64,000 nucleotides of DNA. Source: Candidatus Latescibacterota bacterium (lineage in GTDB: Bacteria; Latescibacterota; UBA2968). Positions 38,867 to 49,473 of the stretch are shown here, in pieces (position 1 is the first letter of the stretch; each line of letters begins with the position of its first letter). The stretch covers positions 2,008,290 through 2,072,289 of the forward strand of contig CBDDPH010000002.1 of NCBI GenBank assembly GCA_965232265.1, read 5' to 3'. The position numbers were made by a program, and so were the translations under genes. The notes under the pieces are model-generated. The model did no database searches. It was not told the DNA's origin and saw only the letters and a list, made by a program, of their open reading frames with translations.

Positions 38867-39910
38867 TTACCATCGGACTTTTCCCATAAATACAACGCCT
38901 TCCTCGCCCTTGACAATGCGCCCGATTGGATACGCATGGCATCCCGCGCTTTGCAGATGTGCGTTAATCCTCGCCACAGCATCTTGGGCGCATACAAGCG
39001 TCATCCCCACACCCATATTAAAAGTTCTCAGCATATCGTCTTCTGGCACCAGACCCTCGGCGCGAATCGTTTTGAAAATGGGGAAAACCTGGATTAGTCC
39101 GAGATCAATCACAGCCCGACAGGTCTCGGGAAGAACGCGAGATAAATTGTCCTGGATACCGCCACCAGTAATATGTGCCATCCCCTTCAGCCCCTCGTCC
39201 TTAAACAGCTCCTTCAGAGGCTGATAATAACACTGGTGTGGGCGCAAAATCATATCGAGAAAAGACACCCCTTGAATATCTCGATCTTTCAACTCTGGCT
39301 TCTTCTTCAACAATGCCCTGACAAGTGTATAGCCATTGGTATGAAGTCCATTGGATGCAAGCGCGAGAACCGCGTCTCCATCCTCAATCGCAGAGCCATC
39401 AATAATACTGTCCCTATCGACAACCCCAATAGCCGAAGCACTGAGAATATACACCCCATCTTCGACAACCCCTGGCTGAACAGATGTTTCCCCCCCCGTC
39501 AAAGTACATCCCTGTGCCTCACAAGCATCGGCAATCCCCCCAACGAGTGCTTTGACAACAGGGGGATCGAGTTTGCCGCAAACAATACAATCTTGCACAT
39601 AAAAAGGATCAGCCCCCATAACGATAATATCGTTGATCAAATGATTGACCAGATCATAGGCAATAGACGTGACACTTCCGTGTTCAAACGCCAACTTTTG
39701 CTTTGAACCAGGCTCCTCGGTTTTCAGCACGAGAATCGGGTGCTCATACCCCTCAAAACGGCCATCAACCAGACTGCCGAAGGCCCCCAATTTATTGAGC
39801 ACTCTCGAATCCCCGCGCCCGATATCTGAAGCCATATCTTTCTTTATAGCATCTGTTTCATCGATATTGACGCCACTCTTCGAATAAGACAAAGACTCGT
39901 TATCCGGCAC
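38867..39910 (-). CDS. purM: phosphoribosylformylglycinamidine cyclo-ligase (AIR synthetase)
   Basis: Alignable throughout to PurM (SYSKSGVNID..., GGETS..PG, HITGGG). Confidence 0.85.
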   Translation of the reverse strand: MPDNESLSYSKSGVNIDETDAIKKDMASDIGRGDSRVLNKLGAFGSLVDGRFEGYEHPILVLKTEEPGSKQKLAFEHGSVTSIAYDLVNHLINDIIVMGADPFYVQDCIVCGKLDPPVVKALVGGIADACEAQGCTLTGGETSVQPGVVEDGVYILSASAIGVVDRDSIIDGSAIEDGDAVLALASNGLHTNGYTLVRALLKKKPELKDRDIQGVSFLDMILRPHQCYYQPLKELFKDEGLKGMAHITGGGIQDNLSRVLPETCRAVIDLGLIQVFPIFKTIRAEGLVPEDDMLRTFNMGVGMTLVCAQDAVARINAHLQSAGCHAYPIGRIVKGEEGVVFMGKVRW

Positions 39911-39934
39911 TGCGTTCCTCCTATTTATTCAAAC

Positions 39935-41119
39935 TCAATCTGCTGGCGAAGCCAACTTGCCCAACACCGCTCGGCGCACCAGATCCAAACCCTGAATCAC
40001 CAGCCATCGGCGGATGTGATCTGAATCCTGAAAGCGGCGACTTGCAACACACGTTCGCGCTCGCGGATCAGAGCCATAGACAGCCATAAACGTCGCGCCG
40101 CCTTCATAAGGACCAACCATCGCCAGCCCCACGCCATCTTCGGGCGCAGCCATCTGAGCCATCGCTTCGGTCAATGCGCGGGGATCTTCTTGTCCGCCGA
40201 TGTCGGTCTCCCCTTGCGCGATCACCACATCACCTGCGCCATTTTCCTCGAACTCCCGCACGACCTGGCCATCTGTCAGCGTATCCACCACCCCAATCTT
40301 CATCCCTTTTTCCCGTAACAAACCGCCCACAACCTCGGCCACGGTCTCTTTCCCGGTACCGTAAATCGCAATCCCCAACCGCTTCCTGAGTTCCGCTTCC
40401 ATCGGCGCGATCAACGCATCGGCTTCTTCCTCTGTATCCGCTTTCGCCGCCACGCGCACATCCGTCTGCCCAGCATGCGCCGCCAACCCCACCGTTGGAT
40501 TGCTTCCTGTCATCAAATCCCCAATGACGCGATCAATACTGCTCTCGCCCACAGCACAAGTTCGCAACACGCGCACCTTTGTCACTTTTCGCCCGCCCAT
40601 GCGGTCAATCAAAATTGGAATCACGACCTTGTGCAACATATAATCCAATTCCCTCGGCACACCCGGAAGCGAAATCACACAGCCGCGCCCTTGGGCATCT
40701 TCACTCAAAAAACAGGGTGCCGTGCCCATGGGATTTTCCAGTGGCATAGCGCCTTCGGGAATATACGCCTGTCGCTTGTTATTATCTGCCATCTCGCGAC
40801 CAAAATTGCGAAACCGCGACGCAATCTGATTTTCCAACGCCTTGCTATAAACGAGCTTGCGTCCCGTTGCACGCGCCACACATTGCCGCGTCATATCATC
40901 CACCGTAGGACCAATACCTCCCGATGTCAGAATTACATCTGACCGATCCAGCGCGATATCCAAAACGTCAGCAATCCGGTCTTCATTGTCCCCCACAGTC
41001 GTTTTATACAACAAATCCATTCCAATGTCGCGCAACGCTTTGGCAAACATCGTGGCATTGGTATCTACAATTTCGCCCAACAACAACTCCGTCCCAATCA
41101 TCACAATCTCAGCTTGCAT
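39935..41119 (-). CDS. cinA: CinA family competence/damage-inducible protein (NMN amidohydrolase PncC-type C-domain)
   Basis: N-terminal MoCF-biosynthesis domain (IVMIGTELLLGEIVDTN) plus a CinA C-terminal domain. Start at MQAEI after GGAGGA. Confidence 0.75.
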   Translation of the reverse strand: MQAEIVMIGTELLLGEIVDTNATMFAKALRDIGMDLLYKTTVGDNEDRIADVLDIALDRSDVILTSGGIGPTVDDMTRQCVARATGRKLVYSKALENQIASRFRNFGREMADNNKRQAYIPEGAMPLENPMGTAPCFLSEDAQGRGCVISLPGVPRELDYMLHKVVIPILIDRMGGRKVTKVRVLRTCAVGESSIDRVIGDLMTGSNPTVGLAAHAGQTDVRVAAKADTEEEADALIAPMEAELRKRLGIAIYGTGKETVAEVVGGLLREKGMKIGVVDTLTDGQVVREFEENGAGDVVIAQGETDIGGQEDPRALTEAMAQMAAPEDGVGLAMVGPYEGGATFMAVYGSDPRARTCVASRRFQDSDHIRRWLVIQGLDLVRRAVLGKLASPAD

Positions 41120-41275
41120 GGCTCCTCCACTCATTTTTTGCACATAATGGAACACTATGTTATGTTTTGAGGTCTCACAAAGGTAAGAATTAGAACCAGA
41201 GACGCAAGTATGAAGTGTGAAGTGAGTACACTATCCAGCCCTCAAATATCCACTAACCATTAACCACCAACATCT

Positions 41276-41965
41276 ATGAGCCATCCAAACGCAGCACTCG
41301 CAGTACAAAACCTCACCCGCACCTACACGAGCGGAGGGCATCCACTCACCGTTTTAGACAACGTCACATTCACCATTCCCAAAGGCCAAACCTGTGCGAT
41401 AGTAGGCCCCTCGGGCAGCGGAAAAACCACGCTACTCGGATTATGCGCTGGCCTTGATCGCCCAACATCGGGCACGGTTACCCTTCACAGCATGGCCATC
41501 GACAGCCTCGATGAAGACCAACGCGCAGCCGTGCGAAATGAATACGTGGGCTTTGTCTTTCAGAGCTTTCAACTCATCCCCACCCTCACCGCCATTGAAA
41601 ATGTCGCGGTCCCCCTCGAACTACGCGGTCAAAACGGTGTGTTTGGCGAAGCGCGAGAATTGCTCGACCGCGTGGGATTGGGCGACCGCTTGACGCATTA
41701 TCCCACCCAGCTATCGGGTGGCGAACAACAGCGCGTGGGCATTGCACGCGCCTTTATCAATCAACCGCGCATCTTATTTGCCGACGAGCCTACGGGCAAT
41801 CTCGACGCCGACACCAGCCATACCGTTGCCAATCTGCTCTTTGATCTCAACCGCGAAGCGGGCACAACCCTCATCCTCGTCACGCACGATCACGACCTCG
41901 CCACACGCACGCAGCGCATCATCCATCTGCAAGGAGGCAAAGTGGATCGGGATGTGCAGGATTAA
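41276..41965 (+). CDS. ABC transporter ATP-binding protein (LolD/YbbA-like)
   Basis: Walker A GPSGSGKTT, signature LSGGEQQR, Walker B ILFADEPT. Confidence 0.85.
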   Translation: MSHPNAALAVQNLTRTYTSGGHPLTVLDNVTFTIPKGQTCAIVGPSGSGKTTLLGLCAGLDRPTSGTVTLHSMAIDSLDEDQRAAVRNEYVGFVFQSFQLIPTLTAIENVAVPLELRGQNGVFGEARELLDRVGLGDRLTHYPTQLSGGEQQRVGIARAFINQPRILFADEPTGNLDADTSHTVANLLFDLNREAGTTLILVTHDHDLATRTQRIIHLQGGKVDRDVQD

Positions 41966-41979
41966 TCTGATTTATAACC

Positions 41980-42009
41980 GTAGGTGCGGGTTTTAAACCC
42001 GCACCTACG
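41980..42009. repeat. type-II palindromic REP-like element GTAGGTGCGGGTTTTAAACCCGCACCTAC
   Basis: Perfect 29-nt palindrome between the ABC ATPase and permease genes. Related copies at 2054-2082, 49421-49438 (half) and 60270-60296. Confidence 0.8.
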
Positions 42010-42050
42010 GATCACCTATATATACCAGGCCTTAATTTTTAATTTGTCTC

Positions 42051-44633
42051 ATGGATCGAATCGCCAGCATTAAAAATCAGTACGGGCGAAAGATTTTTCG
42101 CCCCTCCAGCCCACTTTTCAACGCATGGACCTGGCGCATGGCCTGGCGCGATAGCCGCACGTATCGCCGCCGATTGCTGCTCTTTATATCCTGCATATTG
42201 CTCGGCGTGGGTGGCCTCGTAGCCGTTCGCGCTTTGGGCGATAACCTGCAACGCGTTGTCGAAAATGAAGCACGCACACTTTTAGGCGCTGATCTGCGCG
42301 TCAGCAGCCAACGCGCTTTCGCGCCTGCAATTGACTCCCTATTTAACTCATGGGGTGGGGAACAATCCCGAGAAGTGCGCTTTGCCTCGATGGTCTTCTT
42401 TCCCAAAAACGGCGGAACCCGCCTGGTACAGGTGCGCGCGCTACAAGGCGACTTTCCCTATTACGGCACATTTGAAACCAATCCATCAGAAGCCGCAAGC
42501 ACCTTTCAGCATACCCATCACGCGCTGCTCGACGACGGCTTGCTCGTCCAATTTGGCGTTCAGGTCGGCGATTCTGTGCGAATTGGCAATCACACCTTTG
42601 TCATAGGCGGACGCATCACAAAAATATCGGGCGAGGCCATGGCCTTTGCCACAGTGGCGCCGCGCGTTTACATCCCCTTATCGCATCTCGATAAAACGGG
42701 CCTCATAAAATTTGGCAGTCTGGCATCTTATGTCGCCTATTTTAAGTTTGATAGCGGCACGAGAATCGGATCCATTCAGCGCGAACTTCGCCCCTATCGC
42801 GGGGATCAGAATTTGCGTACCGAAACCGTTATGAGCAGGCAACAACGCCTCAACCGCATATTGGATAATCTCTATATCTTCCTCAGTCTTGTCGCCTTTG
42901 CCGCACTCTTGCTCGGATGTATCGGCGTTGCCAGTGCCATTCACGTCTATACGCGCCAAAAAATAACAACCGTCGCCATCTTGCGCTGCATGGGCGTGCA
43001 ATCGAATCAGGTCCTCTGCATTTACGCCATCCAGGCCATCGCGCTGGGTCTTATTGGCACGGGATGCGGTTCTCTCCTCGGTGTGGGCATCCAGTATCTC
43101 CTGCCCGGTGTTCTCGCACAACTCCTCCCCATTGAACTCGATATTCAATTTTCCTATTGGGCGATCATTCAGGGCACTGGCATTGGCCTGAGCCTATCGC
43201 TGCTCTTCGCCCTGCTGCCCCTATTGCCGATACGCCGCACATCGCCCCTGCACACCTTGCGGGCATCTTTTGAAAATGTGCGATCCAAAACAGATCCCCT
43301 GCAACTAATGACCATCGGCGGGATTTGTCTCATTGTTGCGGGATTGGGCATTTTGCAAACCCGCAGTATCCTCATGGGCATTGGCATTGCCATCGGGTTT
43401 GGCATTGCCTTTGGCCTGCTTATAGGCGCATCGTGGCTCATCGTCAAAACCGTTCGCCGCTTCTTTCCCACAACCTGGCAATACGTGTGGCGACAGGGCC
43501 TGGCCAATCTCTACCGCCCGTATAACCAAACCGTAATTCTCATGCTCGCACTGGGCCTCGGCACCTTTCTCATCACCACGCTCTATATTGTACAACACGC
43601 CCTGCTCGCTCAAATTGCCATCGCGGGGAGCGATGACCGCCCCAACTTTGTGCTCGTGGATGTGCAAACCGATCAAATTGAAGGCGTGAGCGCGTTGCTC
43701 CGCAAACAGAATCTGCCCGTCATTCACCATGCCCCCATCGTCACCATGCGCCTGAAGAGCATCAAAGGTCAAGATGCGCGTTCCTACGGAAGAACACACG
43801 ACGTGCGACGTTGGGCAATACAACGCGAATACCGCTCCACCTACCGAAATCATCTCTTTGATTCAGAACGCCTTGTACGCGGCACATGGATCGATGCAAC
43901 ATGGACAGAAGAACCCATTCCCATTTCTTTTGAGCGCGATATTGCCCGCTCGCTTCGCGTCTCACTCGGCGATATCCTGACCTTCGACATCCAGGGCGTG
44001 CCCGTTCAGACCACAGTACAAAGCCTGCGAGAAGTCGATTGGCAGCGCATCCAACCGAACTTTTTTATCGTCTTTCCCAAAGGCGTCCTCGAAACCGCTC
44101 CGCAGTTTCACGTCCTGACCACGCGCATCAACACAACGGAACAATCCGCTGTGCTGCAACGCACGTTGGTTCAACAATACCCCAATGTCTCGGCTGTTGA
44201 CCTCGGCCTCATTCTCAAAACCGTTGACGATGTACTCTCCCAAATCGCCTTTGTCGTGCGCTTCATGGCACTCTTTAGTGTGATTACCGGACTCATCGTG
44301 CTAACTGCCGCAGTCACCACCAGCCGCTATCAACGCATTCGCGAAGCCGTTTTGCTGCGTACTTTGGGGGCATCTCAAAAACAGATTCGCCGCATACTCT
44401 TGCTGGAATACACCTTTCTGGGCGCACTTGCTACCCTGACTGGACTCATACTCTCTATTGGCGGCGCCTGGGCTGTCACCGTCTTTATTTTCGACATCCA
44501 CTTTGCCCTGCCCACTGCAGCCATTGCCGGCGTCTTTGCTCTCGTCACCGCGCTCACCATCTTTGTCGGCATGCTCAACAGCCGCGGCATAGCCGACCGA
44601 CCGCCACTCGAAATTTTGCGAAGCGAAGTGTGA
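42051..44633 (+). CDS. ABC transporter permease with two FtsX domains (YbbP-like)
   Basis: 860 aa with eight or more TM segments. N-terminal AWTWRMAWRDS resembles YbbP RWFWREWRS. If the ATG at 42051 is used, a type-I REP palindrome (42080-42105) lies inside the 5' coding region. Confidence 0.75.
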   Translation: MDRIASIKNQYGRKIFRPSSPLFNAWTWRMAWRDSRTYRRRLLLFISCILLGVGGLVAVRALGDNLQRVVENEARTLLGADLRVSSQRAFAPAIDSLFNSWGGEQSREVRFASMVFFPKNGGTRLVQVRALQGDFPYYGTFETNPSEAASTFQHTHHALLDDGLLVQFGVQVGDSVRIGNHTFVIGGRITKISGEAMAFATVAPRVYIPLSHLDKTGLIKFGSLASYVAYFKFDSGTRIGSIQRELRPYRGDQNLRTETVMSRQQRLNRILDNLYIFLSLVAFAALLLGCIGVASAIHVYTRQKITTVAILRCMGVQSNQVLCIYAIQAIALGLIGTGCGSLLGVGIQYLLPGVLAQLLPIELDIQFSYWAIIQGTGIGLSLSLLFALLPLLPIRRTSPLHTLRASFENVRSKTDPLQLMTIGGICLIVAGLGILQTRSILMGIGIAIGFGIAFGLLIGASWLIVKTVRRFFPTTWQYVWRQGLANLYRPYNQTVILMLALGLGTFLITTLYIVQHALLAQIAIAGSDDRPNFVLVDVQTDQIEGVSALLRKQNLPVIHHAPIVTMRLKSIKGQDARSYGRTHDVRRWAIQREYRSTYRNHLFDSERLVRGTWIDATWTEEPIPISFERDIARSLRVSLGDILTFDIQGVPVQTTVQSLREVDWQRIQPNFFIVFPKGVLETAPQFHVLTTRINTTEQSAVLQRTLVQQYPNVSAVDLGLILKTVDDVLSQIAFVVRFMALFSVITGLIVLTAAVTTSRYQRIREAVLLRTLGASQKQIRRILLLEYTFLGALATLTGLILSIGGAWAVTVFIFDIHFALPTAAIAGVFALVTALTIFVGMLNSRGIADRPPLEILRSEV

Positions 44634-44787
44634 TCCGCAGGCATGTCCCTGCGGGTGTAAGCAGGGATGAATGCAGATGAATGCAGATGAATGTAGATAA
44701 AAAAGAGGGGCTGTGAAGTGCGACGTGTGATGAGATTCGGGCGAAAAATTTTTCGCCCCTACGATCCCTTCATGTCCTTCGTGGATT

Positions 44788-45408
44788 TTACCGCTTTTCC
44801 AGAATCGGTTTAAGCACGCGCCACACGGTTTCTGCGATAATCCGATGCCCTGCAGCATTGGGATGAATGCGGTCTGGCAGATTCAGCTCTGGAACCCCGC
44901 CAACCCCTTCCAATAAAAAGGGTATCAAAAGCACGCGATTCTTTTCAGATAGCGCAGGGAACACTGCGCGGAAAGCCGTCGTATATATATCTCCCAAATT
45001 TGGCGGTGCTTCAATACCCATAAGTATGATCTGAATATCTGGATACTTCTCTTTTGCGCGATCTATAATCCCCTGCAAATTTTGCTGCATTTCAGATACG
45101 GGAATCCCCCGCAAACCATCGTTGCCGCCCAATGCCAGCACCAGCACATCGATTTTTCGCCGCAGCAACCAGTTGACCCGCCGCAACCCGCCCGCCGATG
45201 TTTCGCCACTCAGTCCGCCATTGATCACATCAAACGCCCACCCGAGCGAATCGATCTTTGCCTGAATCAGCGCGGGAAAAGCCTGCGTTTTATCCAGACC
45301 ATAACCCGCAGTCAGGCTATCCCCTAAAAACAAAACCGTCTTGCGATCTTCTTCAGCATGAGCCGTCCATGTCAATCCGAGCAAAACAACTATGAGAAAC
45401 CGCTTCAT
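44788..45408 (-). CDS. SGNH/GDSL arylesterase/thioesterase (TesA-like), secreted
   Basis: Signal peptide plus GDSLTAGYG block I and DGIHP block V. The tesA/ybbA/ybbP neighbourhood is conserved. Confidence 0.8.
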   Translation of the reverse strand: MKRFLIVVLLGLTWTAHAEEDRKTVLFLGDSLTAGYGLDKTQAFPALIQAKIDSLGWAFDVINGGLSGETSAGGLRRVNWLLRRKIDVLVLALGGNDGLRGIPVSEMQQNLQGIIDRAKEKYPDIQIILMGIEAPPNLGDIYTTAFRAVFPALSEKNRVLLIPFLLEGVGGVPELNLPDRIHPNAAGHRIIAETVWRVLKPILEKR

Positions 45409-45862
45409 TTCATCTCTCCCATATTTTTTTCGTATTTGACCTTGACCTCAAATATAAGATTGGCTATATTTTTCGCCGACTGGCCTGTGAAAAAAACAAT
45501 ATCTTCGAAACGCACAGCGTTTCAGCAGTGTTGCCATACCAGTCCACGAGGCACCTGCTTGTTCCTTACGTCAAATTTGGCGATTTGGTGGAGGGACGGG
45601 TAGGTGCTTTTTGTTTTTTCTCAAAGTTGTGTTGTGACGCGGTTGGCCCAAGGGCAACCATTTCGTGTACCAAAAAAGAAAGGCCCTCGCGCGAGTTCTT
45701 GGCGGGACGGCGCGAGGACCCCAGATCACACCCACAGGTACAGGCGGTGTGTCATCAATAGCTTTTGGGCCAACCTCTTTTCCGTTGTGACGTAGCCGTT
45801 AAATGTTGTGTTTCAATAATATACAAGTTTTATATTTTTTGCTACTGCAAATTTGATACAAC

Positions 45863-45891
45863 TTGAAAAACCGCGGCAAGTGTCGTATAAT
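45863..45891 (+). promoter_or_regulatory. sigma70-type promoter TTGAAA-17nt-TATAAT upstream of recD2
   Basis: Near-consensus -35 and perfect -10 with a 17-nt spacer, about 50 nt upstream of ATG 45944. Confidence 0.5.
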
Positions 45892-45943
45892 TCTTCTACC
45901 AATCCGATTGAGTTGATGGGGGATCTGTTCGTCGAGGTTTTAT

Positions 45944-48118
45944 ATGGCTCAGCTTCGCGGTATTGTGGATCGCATTACATTTCAAAACGAAGAGAATGGA
46001 TACACGGTTGCCCGTTTGCAGGCAGAGGGATCCACCGCCTACAACAACCCTCTGGCGACCATTGTGGGCGAAATGCTGTCGATCAACCCGGGCGAAACTG
46101 TGATTCTGGAAGGCGAATGGACAACCCATAAGCAATATGGCTCACAGTTCAAAATTGAATCCTACCAGACCGTGCATCCATCTACAGTAGAGGGCATGCG
46201 GCGGTATTTGGGTTCGGGATTGATCAAAGGCATCGGACCCGTCACGGCAAAACGGATTGTGGATCACTTTGGCAAAGAAGCGCTCGACGTCATCGAAAGA
46301 GATCCCGAGCGATTGGTCGAAGTCGAGGGATTGGGGACAAAACGCGCAAAGTGGATTATCAAAGCCTGGGAAGACCAGCGCGAGATCCACAATGTCATGC
46401 TATTCTTGCAATCGCACGAAGTGGGCACGGGGTACGCCGTAAAAATATGGAAAAAGTACGGGCAGAAAGCCGTTGAATTGATTCGAGAAAATCCCTATCG
46501 CCTCTCGGTAGATGTTTGGGGCATTGGCTTTTTGACGGCAGACCGCATCGCGCAAAAAATGGGCATACCCGCGCATTCAGACCGGCGCATCCAGGCCGGT
46601 ATTTTGCATGTCCTCAATGAAGCCGCAGACAAAGAAGGACATGTATTTTTGCCTGAAGACGCGCTCATTGAATCGTGTGCCGAAGCACTCGATGTCCCCA
46701 TCGATGCAATCGCACCGTGCGTGGCGCAATTGCTCTCCGAAGAATCAATTATCGTAGATGACGAACGGGTGTATTTGCCGCATTTGTACTATGCCGAACA
46801 GGGCGCGGCAACGCGATGCTATCAATTATCCCAGGTACAACGCATTGAACTGGGCAATATCCCGGCGGAGATCAGGGCCATAGAACAGCGCGACGGGGTG
46901 ACATTCGCGCCCCGTCAAAAACTGGCATTGGAAAAGGCATTGTCGCACAATTTGCTGGTATTGACAGGTGGGCCCGGAACGGGCAAAACAACGACCATTA
47001 AAGGGCTGATCGCACTTTTAGAGGCGCGAAACAAAAAAATCGCACTGGCAGCGCCAACAGGACGCGCGGCCAAGCGGATGTCTGAGGCGACCGGGCATGA
47101 GGCCAAAACCATCCACAGATTGCTAAAATTTAGCCCATCTGAAATGGCGTTTGAGAAAAACTTTGATAATCCTCTGGAAATCGATGCCCTGATTGTCGAT
47201 GAAATATCCATGGTCGATACGGTTCTGATGAACAGCCTATTGCGCGCTGTACCAATCAGCACTTCGGTGGTCCTGGTAGGCGATGTCGATCAGTTGCCCT
47301 CGGTCGGCGCGGGAAATGTGTTGAAGGATGTCATTGCATCTGGCATTGTAGAAGTTGTGGAACTCAACGAGATCTTTCGGCAGGCACAAACGAGCCGCAT
47401 CATTACCAATGCCCACGCGATCAACCGCGGCGAAATGCCCGATGTACAAAATGATCGCGATGCGGATTTCTTTTTTCTCCGAGTCGCTGAACCCGATCAG
47501 GTCGTTGAGACGGTTTGTGGATTGTGTGCTGCACGTTTGCCGCGCACATATCGTCTGAACAGTATTGACGATATTCAAGTACTCGTGCCGATGTATCGCG
47601 GAGAGACCGGCGCAAACAATCTCAACCAGGTCTTGCAGGACGAGTTAAATCCCAAAGGACAGGAGATGACGCGGGGCGGTATCCGCTTTCGGGTGGGCGA
47701 TAAAGTGATGCAGGTGCGAAATAACTACGACCGCGATGTTTTTAATGGGGATATTGGGCGCGTTTTCGGAATAGAAGACGATATATTGCGCGTGCGGTTT
47801 CAGGACCGCGTCATAGAATACGAGTTTTCGGAATTGGACGAGTTGGTGCTGGCCTATGCCATGAGCGTACACAAAAGCCAGGGGGCAGAATTTCGCGCCG
47901 TAGTCATGCCATTGACCACGCAACACTATATGATGTTACAGCGCAACTTGTTGTACACAGCCATTACGCGGGCGCGAGAACTGGTCGTAATCGTAGGCAC
48001 AAAACGGGCACTTGGGATGGCAGTTCGCAACAATCGGGTTGCCGAGCGACACACGACCCTATCGCCGCGCATTCGGGGTGGACTTGTCGAAGAACCTGTT
48101 CAGGGAAATTTATTGTGA
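45944..48118 (+). CDS. recD2: RecD2-like SF1B ATP-dependent DNA helicase
   Basis: N-terminal OB/HhH region, Walker A GGPGTGKTT, motif II DEISMVD, and a C-terminal SH3-like domain. 724 aa. Confidence 0.8.
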   Translation: MAQLRGIVDRITFQNEENGYTVARLQAEGSTAYNNPLATIVGEMLSINPGETVILEGEWTTHKQYGSQFKIESYQTVHPSTVEGMRRYLGSGLIKGIGPVTAKRIVDHFGKEALDVIERDPERLVEVEGLGTKRAKWIIKAWEDQREIHNVMLFLQSHEVGTGYAVKIWKKYGQKAVELIRENPYRLSVDVWGIGFLTADRIAQKMGIPAHSDRRIQAGILHVLNEAADKEGHVFLPEDALIESCAEALDVPIDAIAPCVAQLLSEESIIVDDERVYLPHLYYAEQGAATRCYQLSQVQRIELGNIPAEIRAIEQRDGVTFAPRQKLALEKALSHNLLVLTGGPGTGKTTTIKGLIALLEARNKKIALAAPTGRAAKRMSEATGHEAKTIHRLLKFSPSEMAFEKNFDNPLEIDALIVDEISMVDTVLMNSLLRAVPISTSVVLVGDVDQLPSVGAGNVLKDVIASGIVEVVELNEIFRQAQTSRIITNAHAINRGEMPDVQNDRDADFFFLRVAEPDQVVETVCGLCAARLPRTYRLNSIDDIQVLVPMYRGETGANNLNQVLQDELNPKGQEMTRGGIRFRVGDKVMQVRNNYDRDVFNGDIGRVFGIEDDILRVRFQDRVIEYEFSELDELVLAYAMSVHKSQGAEFRAVVMPLTTQHYMMLQRNLLYTAITRARELVVIVGTKRALGMAVRNNRVAERHTTLSPRIRGGLVEEPVQGNLL

Positions 48119-48216
48119 TAGATGGGTTGTTTTTTGATAGCTTATATTGTCTAAATTTCATAATATATTATACTTAATGTGATCTCTAATTAAAAGAATG
48201 CCCACAGGAGGCTGGT

Positions 48217-49416
48217 ATGCTGTCGAAATGGTTGGTTGGTATAGCGATAACTGTCATTATAGCAAGTGGTATTGAAGCCACAGATATCGAGTTTGGGGGG
48301 CAAGTTCGGCCTCGCATGGAATTTCGAGATCCCGTTGGCAATGGGCACGACGTATTCACATCCATGCGTACCCGACTGAATATCACAGCGAACTTAGGTC
48401 GAGAAGTGAATGTATTTATCCAATTGCAAGATGTGCGGTTGTGGGGCGAAGAAACCAACACCCTCACCGATTATAATGCCGATAATTTCGACTTCCATCA
48501 GGCGTATATGGACATCATAGATATGGGTGACTCGGCCATATCCCTTCGCATTGGACGGCAGGCAATAGGACTGGGCGGGCAGCGCATAATCGGCGCAGTC
48601 GAATGGGCGCAACAAGGGCGTGCATTCGATGGCGTTCTCGCAACCGCCAAAACCCAATGGGGCAAAGTTCAAGGGGTTGGCGTTCGCCTATCCGATACCA
48701 CAGCCGAAGGTATAGATGGCAATGCCTATCTGGCCGCTTTGTATGCGACCGCATCGGGAACGAACACATCCGCAGATTTTTACGGCATCTACCATCACGT
48801 ATCCCCCAAAGGGTTCAACAGAAGTGATAACACGCGGCTATGGACACTCGGCGCACGCATTTACGGCGAAAAGTCGAACTGGATCTACCGCGCAGAAGGC
48901 TCTTTCCAAACAGGCGAACGGCGCGGGCCGAATGGCTCGGCATTTATGTTTGGCGGCAGACTGGGCACAACACTGGGCAAAAGCAACCTGACCCTGTGGT
49001 ACGATTATTTGTCTGGCGATGGCAATTTCAAAGACAGCAAATGGAAATCGTTTGATACGCTGTTTGCAACCAATCACAAATACTACGGATTTGCCGATTT
49101 ATTTCTCAACATCCCCGTCCACACGCAAAATCGCGGCCTTCAGGACTTTGCGCTAAAAGTATCCGTACCGCTGGATGACGAAGAACAGTGGCGTTTGGCA
49201 GCGGATGCACATGTGTTCTTTCTCGCCCAAAGAATCGATTTGGACTCGGGGCACCTGGCAGATGAACTCGATTTAACGCTTTCCTATCAATACAGCGATC
49301 ATGTGACATTTGCCACGGGTTATACCATTGCCGTACCGCGAGATGCCATCAAAGCATTGGGTCGATTGAACGAGAACATGCACTGGGCTTATGTGATGAG
49401 CAATGTTTCATTTTAA
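48217..49416 (+). CDS. alginate-export-family outer-membrane beta-barrel porin
   Basis: Signal peptide, alternating amphipathic beta-strands, C-terminal aromatic residue. Resembles the AlgE/Alginate_exp family. Confidence 0.5.
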   Translation: MLSKWLVGIAITVIIASGIEATDIEFGGQVRPRMEFRDPVGNGHDVFTSMRTRLNITANLGREVNVFIQLQDVRLWGEETNTLTDYNADNFDFHQAYMDIIDMGDSAISLRIGRQAIGLGGQRIIGAVEWAQQGRAFDGVLATAKTQWGKVQGVGVRLSDTTAEGIDGNAYLAALYATASGTNTSADFYGIYHHVSPKGFNRSDNTRLWTLGARIYGEKSNWIYRAEGSFQTGERRGPNGSAFMFGGRLGTTLGKSNLTLWYDYLSGDGNFKDSKWKSFDTLFATNHKYYGFADLFLNIPVHTQNRGLQDFALKVSVPLDDEEQWRLAADAHVFFLAQRIDLDSGHLADELDLTLSYQYSDHVTFATGYTIAVPRDAIKALGRLNENMHWAYVMSNVSF

Positions 49417-49473
49417 TTCAAACCCGCACCTACAGGAAATAGGCGAGGAGATTTTTCCCTCGCCTATTATTTT

